A stretch of 64,000 bases of DNA from Candidatus Kaiserbacteria bacterium (GCA_026396715.1 JAPLWH010000006.1:42850-106849); one strand, 5' to 3'; positions 48,952 to 59,130 are shown, numbered from the stretch's first letter. Program-made: numbers and translations. The notes: a model not told the origin generated them from the letters alone.

Positions 48952-49719
48952 CTATAGCTTCGTCACAACAAGCGGACCGTTCTTTTCTATCAAAATAGTG
49001 TGCTCGAAGTGCGCAGAAAGGGAGCCGTCTTTTGTCCGATATGTGTAGCCATCGGGCGCGAGAGTAACCGCTGCTTTGCCTGCAGTTGAAATAGGCTCGA
49101 GAGCGAGCACCATTCCCTCCAAGAGTACCGGACCTTCTCCCGGGCGACCGAAGTTCGGAATGAACGGCTCTTCGTGCACCATGTCCCCCACCCCGTGCCC
49201 GCCGAGCTCTTTAACCACCTTGAAGCCCGCACGCTCAATCTCTTTCTGAATAGCGTATGAAATATCGCCCATGTGATTTCCAAGAACCGCTTGCGCGATA
49301 CCCTCCGTGAGCGCTTGCTCGGTCGCAATGAGGAGCCTCTCCGTCTCCTCGCTCACAACGCCGACCGGCACTGTGATAGCCGCGTCGACGATGATGCCCT
49401 TGTGCGTCAGCCCGAGATCGAGCCCGACGATATCGCCTTCTTTCAACGTCTTTATCGACTCATTCGGAATGCCGTGCACGACCTCGCTGTTTATCGAAAC
49501 GCACAACGTCGCCGGGTACGGACGTTGCGCCCCTTCAGGTGTGTATCCGAGGAAACACGGCTCATCGCCACCATCACGGATCATCTGCTCCGCAGAATCA
49601 TCGAGCTCTTCTGTCGTCACGCCGGGCGCAACTTTTGCACGCAGCATCTTAAGCACGGCAGCGAGACGCTTCCCCGCTTCGATGAGATTCGCGCGCTCAG
49701 TGTCATTCGCAATAGTCAT
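48952..49719 (-). CDS. map: Methionine aminopeptidase type I
   Basis: 255 aa; metal ligands D..D..H..E..E pattern; HGIP motif. Confidence 0.95.
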   Translation of the reverse strand: MTIANDTERANLIEAGKRLAAVLKMLRAKVAPGVTTEELDDSAEQMIRDGGDEPCFLGYTPEGAQRPYPATLCVSINSEVVHGIPNESIKTLKEGDIVGLDLGLTHKGIIVDAAITVPVGVVSEETERLLIATEQALTEGIAQAVLGNHMGDISYAIQKEIERAGFKVVKELGGHGVGDMVHEEPFIPNFGRPGEGPVLLEGMVLALEPISTAGKAAVTLAPDGYTYRTKDGSLSAHFEHTILIEKNGPLVVTKL

Positions 49720-50288
49720 CAGATTTTTAAGATACTTCGCACTTCTGCCGCGATGATTCCCGGCGGACGATGCCCGTCGATATCCGTAAGGAGACCCTGG
49801 TCGCGAAGATAGCTGATTGCACCATCGGTACTCTCGTAATAGGCTTTGAGCCGCGTTGCGACCGCATCAGGATGATCGTCGGGACGTGACCCATTCTCGC
49901 GTCGCAGGGCTATGCGCCCATGCACCTCCTCGTCTGGAACAACAAGGTGAAAGATGCGGAACGGCCGACCGAGCCACCTGAGCGAGTCAGCGACAACCTC
50001 AGCCTCTGTTGGCGTACGACTCGTACCATCAAAAATAACGGTCCCGTCGTCGGGAATCGCGAAAAGAGTCTTCAGATATGAATACACCGCAATCCAGCTC
50101 GGCGCGAGATCGCCGTTATCCATAGTCTCTTTGAGCTTATGCCCCGCGGCAGTACCGGCCGCGATAATCTCACGCATAACACCGCTTGTACCGACCACGG
50201 GCCAGCCCGTCACGTCAGCGAGCAGTTTCGCCTGTGTCCCCTTCCCGCTCCCGGGCTTCCCGATAAAAAATACGATTGGCTTTTCCAT
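49719..50288 (-). CDS. adk: Adenylate kinase (short, lid-less)
   Basis: P-loop GKPGSGKGTQA. Confidence 0.85.
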   Translation of the reverse strand: MEKPIVFFIGKPGSGKGTQAKLLADVTGWPVVGTSGVMREIIAAGTAAGHKLKETMDNGDLAPSWIAVYSYLKTLFAIPDDGTVIFDGTSRTPTEAEVVADSLRWLGRPFRIFHLVVPDEEVHGRIALRRENGSRPDDHPDAVATRLKAYYESTDGAISYLRDQGLLTDIDGHRPPGIIAAEVRSILKI

Positions 50289-50317
50289 CCGCTTACTCTA
50301 GCACTTTCACTTTAAAA

Positions 50318-51613
50318 TTAATATTCGCGGAGCGAGACTTGGGCATCGATTTTGTGGGCGAGGTCGAGCGCGACCTGGACGGCGATGAGGAGTGCGGTGC
50401 CGCCGAGCACGATCGTCGTGACACCCGTGATTCCCTGAATAATCGAAGGAGATATCGCAAGAAGACCGAGGAAACACGCGCCAGGGAGCGTGATGCGATT
50501 TACCACATTGCTGACGTATTCCTCTGTCTCGCGACCTGGACGGACGCCAGGGACAAATGCGCCGGTCTTCTGGAGATTCTCCGCGACGCGATGCGGCTCG
50601 AACGTGACGGCGGTGTAGAAATACGTAAAGAGCACCACGAGGACGAAGTACGCAGCACCATACTTCCATGGATCAGAGAGGAATGCGGTGTACCAGAGCG
50701 CGGCGCTTGAAGCGAATGAGACATGCAATGCTCCAAGCATCGAGAGCGCCATCTGCGGCAAAAGAAGAAGCGAAAGTGCGAAAATGATTGGAATAACGCC
50801 AGCCTGCAAGAGACGGATCGGGAGATAAGTTGCGGCACCCTGCGACATCGCCGCACCACGCATCGCGCGCGCATAGGCAATCGGAATCGAGCGCTCTGCG
50901 TCGGAAACGACAACGACCGCGTAGATCATGAGGAGTGCAAGAAGCGTAAAGGCGAGGTACGCGGGAATATTTGCTGCAGTTGCGGCGAAGAGTGCCTGCG
51001 AGATGCTCGAAGGCACGCGTGCAAGGATACCCGCAAGAATGATGAGCGAGATGCCGTTACCGATGCCGAATTCAGTCACGAGCTCGCCGAGCCACATGAG
51101 CAGCATTGAGCCAGCAGCGATGAGTGCAATATTCGCGACAAGCGCTACCGTGCCCAAGTGCGCGATGACACCCTGCCCTTCAAGCAAAAACAAGAAGCCG
51201 ATGCCCTGCAAAATAGCGATAGGAATCGTGAGTAAGCGACTCCAGCCGATGAACTTCGCGCGGCCCGCCTCACCCTCTTCAAAGTACGCCTGCTTCACTT
51301 GCGGGAAGATGATGGTGCCGAGCTGCATGATGATCGATGCCGTAATGTACGGACCGACGCCGAGCATCACCACAGAGAGATGCGCGAGCCCGCCGCCCGA
51401 GAAAATATTCAAAAGTCCGAAGAACTGATTGTTTGCAAAGAAAGATGCGAGTGCGCCCTTATCGATGCCCGGGATAGGTATCGACGCAAGTAAACGAAAC
51501 AGTCCGAGTGCGCCAACGAGGAAGAAAATACGAAAACGTATTTCAGAATCCCCGAACGCGAGCTTCAGCTTGTGTAGGAAAGAATTAAGCATGGATTGTA
51601 CCGCCGGCCGCAA
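50318..51613 (-). CDS. secY: Preprotein translocase subunit SecY
   Basis: 431 aa, 10 TM, conserved SecY motifs. Confidence 0.95.
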   Translation of the reverse strand: MRPAVQSMLNSFLHKLKLAFGDSEIRFRIFFLVGALGLFRLLASIPIPGIDKGALASFFANNQFFGLLNIFSGGGLAHLSVVMLGVGPYITASIIMQLGTIIFPQVKQAYFEEGEAGRAKFIGWSRLLTIPIAILQGIGFLFLLEGQGVIAHLGTVALVANIALIAAGSMLLMWLGELVTEFGIGNGISLIILAGILARVPSSISQALFAATAANIPAYLAFTLLALLMIYAVVVVSDAERSIPIAYARAMRGAAMSQGAATYLPIRLLQAGVIPIIFALSLLLLPQMALSMLGALHVSFASSAALWYTAFLSDPWKYGAAYFVLVVLFTYFYTAVTFEPHRVAENLQKTGAFVPGVRPGRETEEYVSNVVNRITLPGACFLGLLAISPSIIQGITGVTTIVLGGTALLIAVQVALDLAHKIDAQVSLREY

Positions 51614-52037
51614 GAATCGCGGCGCGCGCGACGCCGGAAAGCGTACAACCCTTCACAACAAGCGCTTTCGTTACGGCGCCGGCGCCCAAAATCTTTACGA
51701 CTGGAGCGCGGCCCTTTGCGCGGCGCACGAGATCGCGTGCAAGAAGCGATGCTGGAGACACCGTCTCCCCTGCCTTGTACACCGCCTCGATTGCAGAAAG
51801 ATTCACTGCGGAAACAGGGATGCGATTCGTGCGGACAGTGCGCGCGCGATTCTTACCGTGACCACGGAGTTTCGGCAACTTCTTGATGAGATCGCGAGAC
51901 TCTGGACGGATCTTGTGTCCGGCGCGGGCCGTCTGGCCCTTACCGCCACGACCGGAAGTCTTACCGCGCTTGCCACCGCGACCGACGGGCGGATTCTTCT
52001 TGTTCTTGGTGCGAGGAGAAAAGGTGTGAAGTTGCAT
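51585..52037 (-). CDS. rplO: 50S ribosomal protein L15
   Basis: Start MQLHTFSPRTKNKKNPPVGRGGKRGKTSGRG; upstream extension rejected. Confidence 0.9.
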   Translation of the reverse strand: MQLHTFSPRTKNKKNPPVGRGGKRGKTSGRGGKGQTARAGHKIRPESRDLIKKLPKLRGHGKNRARTVRTNRIPVSAVNLSAIEAVYKAGETVSPASLLARDLVRRAKGRAPVVKILGAGAVTKALVVKGCTLSGVARAAILAAGGTIHA

Positions 52038-52047
52038 ATATAAAAGA

Positions 52048-52683
52048 TTATGCGGTACGGCTTGTCGTGAGCGAAGTCGAACGAAGCTTCTTGAGCGCTG
52101 CGACCGTCGCACGAGCGATGGTGAGCTTGTTCTTGGAACGAGTGTGAATCTTCGTCACAACGTCCGTCACGCCGGCGAGGTCGAGCACGGTACGCACTGC
52201 CGAACCAGCAACGAGACCGCGACCCTTCGAAGGGATGATCTCGATCGTGGACGACGCGTACTTCGTCGAAACCTGGTGCGGGATCGAGCCGGAAGCCGTG
52301 CGCGGGACGATGAAGAGATGCTTCTTCGCATCGCGGGTCGCCTTGTCGATCGCGAGCGCCGTGTCGATACCCTTACCGAGACCGACGCCGACACGACCCT
52401 TGCGGTCGCCGATGACGATCACGAGACTGAAATTGAAACGACGTCCGCCGGCCATAACGCGGGCCACGCGACGCGCATCGATCGTAACCTGCTCGAACTC
52501 GCCGCGTTCGCGCGGTGGGCGGGCGCGACCACCAGCACGCGGAGCGCGTCCGCGCATTGGACCGCGACCGCCCGTACGCGGAGCAGCGATAACAGCCGCA
52601 GCTGCGACCGGAGCCGCCTCGACAACAACCGCCGGTGCGCCTTCAACTTCCTGTATGATCTCTGGTTCCATCGGAGTAGTCAT
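52048..52683 (-). CDS. rpsE: 30S ribosomal protein S5 with Ala/Pro/Arg-rich N-terminal extension
   Basis: S5 core FEQVTIDARRVARVMAGGRRFNFSLVIVIGD... Confidence 0.9.
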   Translation of the reverse strand: MTTPMEPEIIQEVEGAPAVVVEAAPVAAAAVIAAPRTGGRGPMRGRAPRAGGRARPPRERGEFEQVTIDARRVARVMAGGRRFNFSLVIVIGDRKGRVGVGLGKGIDTALAIDKATRDAKKHLFIVPRTASGSIPHQVSTKYASSTIEIIPSKGRGLVAGSAVRTVLDLAGVTDVVTKIHTRSKNKLTIARATVAALKKLRSTSLTTSRTA

Positions 52684-52688
52684 GAGTA

Positions 52689-53039
52689 TTAAAATGCGAG
52701 GCCGCCGGCGCGCGCAGCATCGGCAAGCGTCTTTACCTGCCCGCCGTAACGATAGCCGCCGCGATCGAAGACGATCGTCGCGATGCCGGCTACTTTCGCC
52801 TTCTTTGCGATTGCTTCGCCGACCGATGCGGCCTGAATCGACTGGGAGCCCTTGAACTCGCGACCGTGGGATGCGGCAAGCGTCTTCCCTACCGTATCGT
52901 CGATGAGCTGTGCCGAGACAAATCGGTTGCTACGAAAAACTGCGAGGCGCGGACGCTCCGCCGTACCTTTGACCAGCGCGCGGATACGCGCGTGACGACG
53001 CTTACGGAGCTGACTATTTGTTGTAGGTGTTTGTTTCAT
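52689..53039 (-). CDS. rplR: 50S ribosomal protein L18
   Basis: 116 aa; RPRLAVFRSNRFVSAQLIDD. Confidence 0.9.
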   Translation of the reverse strand: MKQTPTTNSQLRKRRHARIRALVKGTAERPRLAVFRSNRFVSAQLIDDTVGKTLAASHGREFKGSQSIQAASVGEAIAKKAKVAGIATIVFDRGGYRYGGQVKTLADAARAGGLAF

Positions 53040-53059
53040 AAAATATATACAGCGCTGCG

Positions 53060-53593
53060 TTAGACAGCCTTCTTGCCCTGCTTACGACGGATGACTTCGT
53101 CGTCATACCGGATACCCTTTCCGAGATACGGCTCCGGCGGCTTCACGCGGCGAACGTTCGCGGCGAACTGTCCGACCGACTCCTTGTTCGAGCTCTCGAG
53201 CTTGATGGTATTCTTTTCTACCGTCGCAGTCACCTCTTCAGGAACCTTAAGTGTGACCGTGTGTGAGAAACCGACCGTAAGGACGAGATCGCTTCCTTTG
53301 AGCTCGACGCGGTACCCGACACCTTCGAGGATGAGCTTCTTCATGAAGCGAGTCTCGACGCCAGCAACCATATTTTTCACGTGTGATGCAAACGTTCCGA
53401 CAAGCACCCGACCGAGGCGAGAACGATCCTTCGAGGTGACGAGAACGCCGCCCGTAGCGTCGACCGCAATATCGATTGAAGGGTGCACGCGCTTGGTCAG
53501 CGTACCTTTCGTACCCTTAACCGTCAGCGTACCTCCCGCTACCGAGACGTCGGACTTTCCTATCGCTATTGATTTTTTTGCAAGTCGGCTCAT
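53060..53593 (-). CDS. rplF: 50S ribosomal protein L6
   Basis: 177 aa; MSRLAKKSIAIGKSDVSV. Confidence 0.9.
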   Translation of the reverse strand: MSRLAKKSIAIGKSDVSVAGGTLTVKGTKGTLTKRVHPSIDIAVDATGGVLVTSKDRSRLGRVLVGTFASHVKNMVAGVETRFMKKLILEGVGYRVELKGSDLVLTVGFSHTVTLKVPEEVTATVEKNTIKLESSNKESVGQFAANVRRVKPPEPYLGKGIRYDDEVIRRKQGKKAV

Positions 53594-53598
53594 ATAAA

Positions 53599-54003
53599 TT
53601 ACCAGATTTCGAAAAGCTCTTCGCCGCCGAAACGATTCTTGCGCGCCTCGGCATCAGAAATGATACCAACCGACGAAGAGATGATGCGTGCGCCCGTACC
53701 GCCCTTTACCCGGTGTGCGGCAGTAAAGGGAGCGTAGAGACGACGACCCGGCTTTGAGATGCGCTTCACGCCGCGCAAACGAGCGTGACCGTGTTCATCG
53801 AGCGCGAGTGTCGCCGTAAAACTACGCTTCACTTCCTCCCCTTCCTTTATCTTTGTCTCGACGTGGGCGAGGAAACCGAGCTCGCGGAGCTTCTTCGCAA
53901 TAGCGACGAGGTGCGACGAGTACGGTACGACAACCTCACTCTTGCCGACGAGTGCGGCATTCTGGAGACGGATTATGAAATCGCCGACGCGGTCAGTTAC
54001 CAT
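53599..54003 (-). CDS. rpsH: 30S ribosomal protein S8
   Basis: 134 aa; DFIIRLQNA motif. Confidence 0.9.
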   Translation of the reverse strand: MVTDRVGDFIIRLQNAALVGKSEVVVPYSSHLVAIAKKLRELGFLAHVETKIKEGEEVKRSFTATLALDEHGHARLRGVKRISKPGRRLYAPFTAAHRVKGGTGARIISSSVGIISDAEARKNRFGGEELFEIW

Positions 54004-54266
54004 GATGCTTTCTTTACGCCCGGAATCTTGCCTTCGCGAGCAAGCTCGCGGAACTGGATGCGGGAGAGGCCGAAGACCTGCATGTAGCCGCGGGAACGAC
54101 CAGTGATCGCACAGCGGCTCTTCAGCCGTACTGGCGAGGAGTTTCTTGGGAGCTTCTGAAGGCCTTCGGAATCGCCAGCCAACTTCAAAGCAGCACGCTG
54201 TATTGCGTACTTCTTTACGAGTTTCGCCTTTTTGGCGTATCGCGCAAGCTGGGATTTCTTTGCCAT
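53997..54266 (-). CDS. rpsN: 30S ribosomal protein S14
   Basis: 89 aa; [15 protein letters not shown]. Confidence 0.88.
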   Translation of the reverse strand: MAKKSQLARYAKKAKLVKKYAIQRAALKLAGDSEGLQKLPRNSSPVRLKSRCAITGRSRGYMQVFGLSRIQFRELAREGKIPGVKKASW

Positions 54267-54291
54267 AAGTTTTTAAGTAATCTTGCTTCCT

Positions 54292-54343
54292 GCGCTCGCT
54301 CGGGGAAGAGAAGTAGAACCTTCTCTTCCCCTCGCTCGCTGGG
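54292..54343. repeat. Intergenic repeat element copy A: GCGCTCGCTCGG – 12-bp hairpin – TCGCTCGCTGGG
   Basis: ggggaagagaag tagaac cttctcttcccc flanked by direct CGCTCGCT(C/G)GG repeats. Confidence 0.55.
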
Positions 54344-54383
54344 AAGTAAAAAATAAAGCTCCGAAGAGCGTGCTGTTAAGATA

Positions 54384-54944
54384 TCAGCGTTTTACGCCTG
54401 AGTCAACGATAAGCGGCATGCCGAGGTGACGGAAGAACGCTTCTGCCTCTTCCGGCGACTTGGCCGTGGTAACGATCGTGATAGCAAATCCGAAGACATC
54501 CTTGAGATCCTCATCGCTCGTCTCTGGGAATATCGTGTTTTCCTTGATACCGATGGTGAAATTGCCCATATCGTCGATTGCCGACGCTTTGAGGCCGCGG
54601 AAGTCGCGGGTGCGAGGAAGTGCGATGTGGATGAGCTTATCGAGGAAGTCGTACATGCGTGCACCGCGGAGCGTTACTTGGAGACCGACCGTATCGCCTT
54701 CGCGCACCTTGAACGATGCAATCGAAAGACGAGCGGCGCGCGGCGCTGCCTTCTGTCCGGTGATCTTCGCGAGACGATCCTGGATGATCTCGAGCTGCTT
54801 CTTGTCGCGCTTCTTGCCGACGCCCGAGGAGACGACGATCTTCTGTATGCGCGGACCCTGCATCGTGCTTGTGTAGCCGAACGTCTCCGCAAGAGCGAGG
54901 TAGGAAGTCTGTTGGCGCTGTTTGGTAATGGAAGACATATGCAA
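54384..54944 (-). CDS. rplE: 50S ribosomal protein L5
   Basis: 186 aa; L5 core IVVSSGVGKK... Confidence 0.9.
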   Translation of the reverse strand: MHMSSITKQRQQTSYLALAETFGYTSTMQGPRIQKIVVSSGVGKKRDKKQLEIIQDRLAKITGQKAAPRAARLSIASFKVREGDTVGLQVTLRGARMYDFLDKLIHIALPRTRDFRGLKASAIDDMGNFTIGIKENTIFPETSDEDLKDVFGFAITIVTTAKSPEEAEAFFRHLGMPLIVDSGVKR

Positions 54945-55181
54945 TTATTTCTTTACGCCTTTGGCTGATTCGACACGCATAACGTTTGAGGCATTGATCG
55001 GGCGCGGGCGCTCGACGATGCGACCGATCTCTCCTGCCCGACCCTTCTGGTGGCGCTTGAAGAGCGCAACCCCTTCGACAACGACCTTGTTCTCTTTCGG
55101 CAATGCGCGAGCAATGACGCCGGACTTACCCTTGTCCTTGCCTGCGATTACTTTTACCTTATCTCCTTTTTTTACATGCAT
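54945..55181 (-). CDS. rplX: 50S ribosomal protein L24
   Basis: Start [21 protein letters not shown]; upstream extension rejected. Confidence 0.88.
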   Translation of the reverse strand: MHVKKGDKVKVIAGKDKGKSGVIARALPKENKVVVEGVALFKRHQKGRAGEIGRIVERPRPINASNVMRVESAKGVKK

Positions 55182-55191
55182 ACCAGAAAAA

Positions 55192-55569
55192 TTAAACGAC
55201 TTCAGGTGCGAGCGACACGATAGAGTGCCAGCCGAGCTCGGAAAGCTCGCGTGGTACTGGACCGAAGATTCGGTTCCCTTTTGGACCCATCTCCTTACCC
55301 TGCTTCTCGATGAGCACGACCGCATTCTCATCGAAGCGGATGTACGAGCCGTCCTTGCGACCAAAGGGCTTTACCTGGCGTACGACGACCGCACGGAAGA
55401 TATCCTTCTTCTTGACCGCCTTGCGCGGCTCAGCCGTCTGTATCGAGACAACGACGACGTCGCCGATCTCCGCGTAACGGCGCTTGGATCCGCCGAGCAC
55501 TTTGAAAACGCGGGCGATCTTTCCGCCTGAATTGTCTGCGACCATGACGATGGATTGAGGCTGCAACAT
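55192..55569 (-). CDS. rplN: 50S ribosomal protein L14
   Basis: [17 protein letters not shown]. Confidence 0.9.
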   Translation of the reverse strand: MLQPQSIVMVADNSGGKIARVFKVLGGSKRRYAEIGDVVVVSIQTAEPRKAVKKKDIFRAVVVRQVKPFGRKDGSYIRFDENAVVLIEKQGKEMGPKGNRIFGPVPRELSELGWHSIVSLAPEVV

Positions 55570-55570
55570 A

Positions 55571-55846
55571 TTAGTTGGTGTCGTTCTCTACGGAGATCGT
55601 CTTCGTAGGATCGATAGCGAAATGCTTCAGTTTCGAGATCGGGCGCGTCGCCACGATAGTGACCGTATCCCCCACCTTGACCGTATTGCCTGGGTCGTGC
55701 GCGAGGAACTTCTTCGAGCGAACGAAGTATTTCTTGTACTTCGCATTCTTCACGTAGCGGTCGACCTTGACCGTAGCCGTGTCTTTCATGGCCGTCTTTA
55801 CGACGACACCGACGAATGCTTGAGGGCGGATGATTTTTTGTTCCAT
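55571..55846 (-). CDS. rpsQ: 30S ribosomal protein S17
   Basis: Start MEQKIIRPQAFVGVVVKTAMKDTATV. Confidence 0.88.
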   Translation of the reverse strand: MEQKIIRPQAFVGVVVKTAMKDTATVKVDRYVKNAKYKKYFVRSKKFLAHDPGNTVKVGDTVTIVATRPISKLKHFAIDPTKTISVENDTN

Positions 55847-55850
55847 AAAA

Positions 55851-56051
55851 TTATGCAGTCGTGAGGACACGAGCGTGCTGCTCGGTAAGCGCGCGGGCAA
55901 TCTTCGCACGGAGCTTCTTCGGAGCGTTCGAATCCTTGGCGCGGGCGCCGGCAGCAGAAAAGCGAACCGTGCGGAGTTCGGCGCGCGTATCGGCGAGGAG
56001 CTTCAAAAGCTCCTGGTCAGTCTTGGTCTTCATAGTATCTTTTTTTGTCAT
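55851..56051 (-). CDS. rpmC: 50S ribosomal protein L29
   Basis: 66 aa; TDQELLKLLADTRAELRTVRF. Confidence 0.88.
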   Translation of the reverse strand: MTKKDTMKTKTDQELLKLLADTRAELRTVRFSAAGARAKDSNAPKKLRAKIARALTEQHARVLTTA

Positions 56052-56072
56052 AGAAATAGGAAAAAAGCAATA

Positions 56073-56495
56073 TTAGCGGCGCGCGATGATAGACGTCGTG
56101 ACTGGAAGCTTCATGCCCGCCTGACGCAAATGCGCGCGCGCAATGTCCTCAGGAACGCCATCGAGCTCGAAAAGAACGCGACCTGGACGCACTTCAAAGA
56201 CGTAGTGTTTCGGATCGCCCTTACCGCTACCCATGCCCACTTCTGCCGGCTTGGCGGTCACCGGACGGTCCGGGAAAATACGAATCCACATCTTGCCAGT
56301 CTTCGAAATCGCGCGGGCGAGCACTTTGCGCGCCGACTCGATCTGATTGCTCGTGACACGCGCATTCGAGAGCGCCTTGAGCGCAAACGAACCGAACGCG
56401 ATAGTCGTACCGCGCGTCTCCGGGCGCGACAAGCGCTTCTCGCTCTTGCGCTGCGTCTGCCACTTGCGATGTTTTACTTTTTTAGGAAACAACAT
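56073..56495 (-). CDS. rplP: 50S ribosomal protein L16
   Basis: Start MLFPKKVKHRKWQTQRK. Confidence 0.9.
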   Translation of the reverse strand: MLFPKKVKHRKWQTQRKSEKRLSRPETRGTTIAFGSFALKALSNARVTSNQIESARKVLARAISKTGKMWIRIFPDRPVTAKPAEVGMGSGKGDPKHYVFEVRPGRVLFELDGVPEDIARAHLRQAGMKLPVTTSIIARR

Positions 56496-56505
56496 AGCAA
56501 AATGA

Positions 56506-57222
56506 TTATGCAGCGTGTGCTGGCACCGTATCCGGCATACGTACCGGCGCCTTCTTGTCCTGGTACACATTGCCACGGTAGATCCACACCTTGATGCCGA
56601 TGACGCCGTACGGCAGGTACGCCTGCTCGTGCGCGAAATCGATATCAGCACGGAAAGTCTGAAGCGGGATGCGTCCCTTCTTCAACTCCTCCTTGCGACT
56701 CATTTCGGCGCCGCCGAGGCGGCCCGAGATCGCGATGCGTACGCCTTCGACCTCGCGTACCGCAATGACCTTCTCGACTGTCTGCTTGAGCACGCGACGG
56801 AACGGCATGCGCTTCTCGAGCCCTTCCGCAATCATGTAGGCGACGACGGCAGCATCCGTCTCCGGCTGGCGCACTTCGTTTATGTCGAACTTGACCTGCT
56901 TGCCAGCAGCGAGTGCGTGTCCGGAAGTCTTCCGAACGAGGTCAGTAAGTTCCTTGCGCAGCTTGACTGCGTTCTCGCCGGAGCGGCCGATTACGAGACC
57001 TGGGCGCGCCGTCGAGAGGATGATGCGCAGCTCGTTCGCTGAACGTTCAATCTCGATACCGCTCGTATAGGTTCCGCGCAGCTTTTTCGTAAGGAAACGG
57101 CGGATCGTCTCGTCTACCTTGATGTTCTCGCGGTAGGTCTTCTTGTCGGCGGCGAACCAACGACTCTTCCAGTCCCGGATGATGCCGAGACGATGTGCGA
57201 AAGGATGTACGATGTGTGTCAT
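56506..57222 (-). CDS. rpsC: 30S ribosomal protein S3
   Basis: 238 aa; KH domain, GRSGENAVKLRKEL. Confidence 0.92.
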   Translation of the reverse strand: MTHIVHPFAHRLGIIRDWKSRWFAADKKTYRENIKVDETIRRFLTKKLRGTYTSGIEIERSANELRIILSTARPGLVIGRSGENAVKLRKELTDLVRKTSGHALAAGKQVKFDINEVRQPETDAAVVAYMIAEGLEKRMPFRRVLKQTVEKVIAVREVEGVRIAISGRLGGAEMSRKEELKKGRIPLQTFRADIDFAHEQAYLPYGVIGIKVWIYRGNVYQDKKAPVRMPDTVPAHAA

Positions 57223-57227
57223 AGCAT

Positions 57228-57647
57228 TTATTTCGAAGCTGGTGCTGCCCCAAGAGTCAGCTTAACCGCGCTCTTTCTGCGGCGAATAAGCGACGCGCGT
57301 CCGAAGGCGCGCGGCATGTACTTCTTCAAGATGCCGGCGCTCTCAACGATGATCGACTGCACGCGGAGCGTGTCGACATCTTCGCCTGATACCTTCGCAT
57401 TCGCGATGGCGCTCTGGAGGAGCTTCATGATTGGTTCCGCAGCGCGCTTCGGGAGGAACTCGAGTGCGACGAGCGCGTCCTGTACCTTCTTGCCTTTTAT
57501 GAGCTCAGTCACGAGACGGACCTTGCGCGGCGTCTGATTATGACTCTTGAGGGTTGCGTAGGCCACCCCATTAGATATGGCAACGGCACTTGCCTTGCTC
57601 ATGCGGGAGTCCGCTGCTTTCTTTGTTGTAAGTTTGGTTGTGGACAT
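57228..57647 (-). CDS. rplV: 50S ribosomal protein L22
   Basis: 139 aa; L22 core with N-terminal extension. Confidence 0.88.
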   Translation of the reverse strand: MSTTKLTTKKAADSRMSKASAVAISNGVAYATLKSHNQTPRKVRLVTELIKGKKVQDALVALEFLPKRAAEPIMKLLQSAIANAKVSGEDVDTLRVQSIIVESAGILKKYMPRAFGRASLIRRRKSAVKLTLGAAPASK

Positions 57648-57670
57648 AAAAATCTAACGGGGCGCGTATC

Positions 57671-58024
57671 TTATTTCTTTGCAGAAGGAGCTGCGGCAGC
57701 GGGAGCCTTCGCGGCCTTAGCGGAAGCAATCTCAGCCTCCTGCTTCTTGGTCTCCATCTCCTTCTGCATCTTGCCTCCGTGACGGAGGAACTTCTTGGTC
57801 GGCGAGAATTCACCGAGGCGATGCCCTACCATATCCTCAGAGACGAGGACCGGGAGGTGCTGCTTGCCATTGTGAACACCCAAGGTAAAACCAATCATTT
57901 CGGGGCTAATCTGGCTGCGGCGCGCCCACGTGTTTATCACTCCGGAGGTAGCCGGTTTTGCATTCATGACCTTCTTCAGGAGTTTGATGTCCACGAAGGG
58001 TCCTTTTTTGAGTGAGCGTGCCAT
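57671..58024 (-). CDS. rpsS: 30S ribosomal protein S19 with Lys/Ala-rich C-terminal tail
   Basis: Start [19 protein letters not shown]; ...[10 protein letters not shown]. Confidence 0.9.
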   Translation of the reverse strand: MARSLKKGPFVDIKLLKKVMNAKPATSGVINTWARRSQISPEMIGFTLGVHNGKQHLPVLVSEDMVGHRLGEFSPTKKFLRHGGKMQKEMETKKQEAEIASAKAAKAPAAAAPSAKK

Positions 58025-58060
58025 AAGCAATGAAAAGCCCGCTATGCGGGATAGCTGAAA
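58025..58060 (-). promoter_or_regulatory. Short hairpin + U-run immediately upstream of rpsS start (leader attenuator-like)
   Basis: minus strand: agctatCCCGCatagcGGGCttttcattgcttATG. Confidence 0.35.
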
Positions 58061-58135
58061 GATACAGGAAGCAGTCTGCAGAGTCAACAGTACCGCTCCA
58101 AATGACCCTCATAAATACTAGTCCGTTTCAGAACG

Positions 58136-58163
58136 TTGACATATCGTGTATGCATAGTATAGA
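58136..58163 (+). promoter_or_regulatory. Plus-strand sigma70-like promoter TTGACA-16-TATAGA antisense to S10 operon
   Basis: TTGACA 58136-58141; TATAGA 58158-58163; terminator 58229-58264 about 70-100 nt downstream. Confidence 0.4.
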
Positions 58164-58228
58164 AATTACACGGCCATTTACCGCACCATTCACGCCGTTT
58201 CATGACTTCTCCATACTCCACAAGACAA

Positions 58229-58264
58229 AGAAAAACCCCGCACTTTCGTGCGGGGTTTTTCTTT
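58229..58264. terminator. Bidirectional terminator between rplB and rpsS
   Basis: aaaaaccccgcac tttc gtgcggggttttt. Confidence 0.7.
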
Positions 58265-58272
58265 ATATTCGC

Positions 58273-59121
58273 TTAGCCCTTTCTCTTCTTCCCTACCTTT
58301 CTGCGCGTCACGATAAACATGTTTGAGTATTTCTTCGGCGTGCGAGTCTTCTGACCCTTACCAGTAGGCTTGCCCCACTTACTCTTTGCGCGGCGCAAAC
58401 CGCGACCCTGCTTGCCTTCGCCACCTCCGTGCGGATGGTCAACCGGGTTCATCGCCGTACCACGAACGGTCGGACGGATACCCATCCAGCGACTGCGACC
58501 TGCCTTACCGATAACGACAAGATTGGACTCCTCGTTACCAACCATACCGATGGAAGCCCACGCAAGGTCGGACACTTTGCGGATTTCGGTCGACGGAAGC
58601 TTTACCTGCGCATAGCCTGCATCGTGCGCAACGACTTCAGCGAAGTTACCTGCGGAGCGGACGAGGACAGCGCCAGCGCCTGGGGAGAGCTCGATATTGT
58701 ACACAAAAGTACCGACTGGAATCGCGCCGAGAGGAAGGCGGTTAGCTGGCGTCAGCGGCGCATTCTCGGCGACGATGAACGAATCGCCGACGTTCACACC
58801 CTTCGGCAAGATGACGTAGCGGCGCTCGCCGTCGCGATAGAGCGCGAGCCCGATAAATGCGGTGCGGAACGGATCGTATTCGACAGTCTCGATCTTCGCT
58901 GGGATGTTCTTCTTATCGTACTTGAAATCCACCGCGCGGAGACGGCGCTTGTGGCCGCCGCCCTGGTGACGCGTCGTGATGCGACCGAACGCATTGCGTC
59001 CGCCCTGGCTCGACTTCTTCTTCAAGAGCGGCTTGTGCGGCGCGTGACCCGACAACAGCTCCTTGTACGGAAGCGTGGTCATGAAACGACGACTCTTGGA
59101 TGTAGGCTTGTACGTTTTCAT
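58273..59121 (-). CDS. rplB: 50S ribosomal protein L2
   Basis: 282 aa; HPHGGGEG motif. Confidence 0.95.
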   Translation of the reverse strand: MKTYKPTSKSRRFMTTLPYKELLSGHAPHKPLLKKKSSQGGRNAFGRITTRHQGGGHKRRLRAVDFKYDKKNIPAKIETVEYDPFRTAFIGLALYRDGERRYVILPKGVNVGDSFIVAENAPLTPANRLPLGAIPVGTFVYNIELSPGAGAVLVRSAGNFAEVVAHDAGYAQVKLPSTEIRKVSDLAWASIGMVGNEESNLVVIGKAGRSRWMGIRPTVRGTAMNPVDHPHGGGEGKQGRGLRRAKSKWGKPTGKGQKTRTPKKYSNMFIVTRRKVGKKRKG

Positions 59122-59130
59122 ACGGAATAA

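Noticed and set aside
58429-59130. 233-aa plus-strand ORF
   Set aside because: Antisense to rplB
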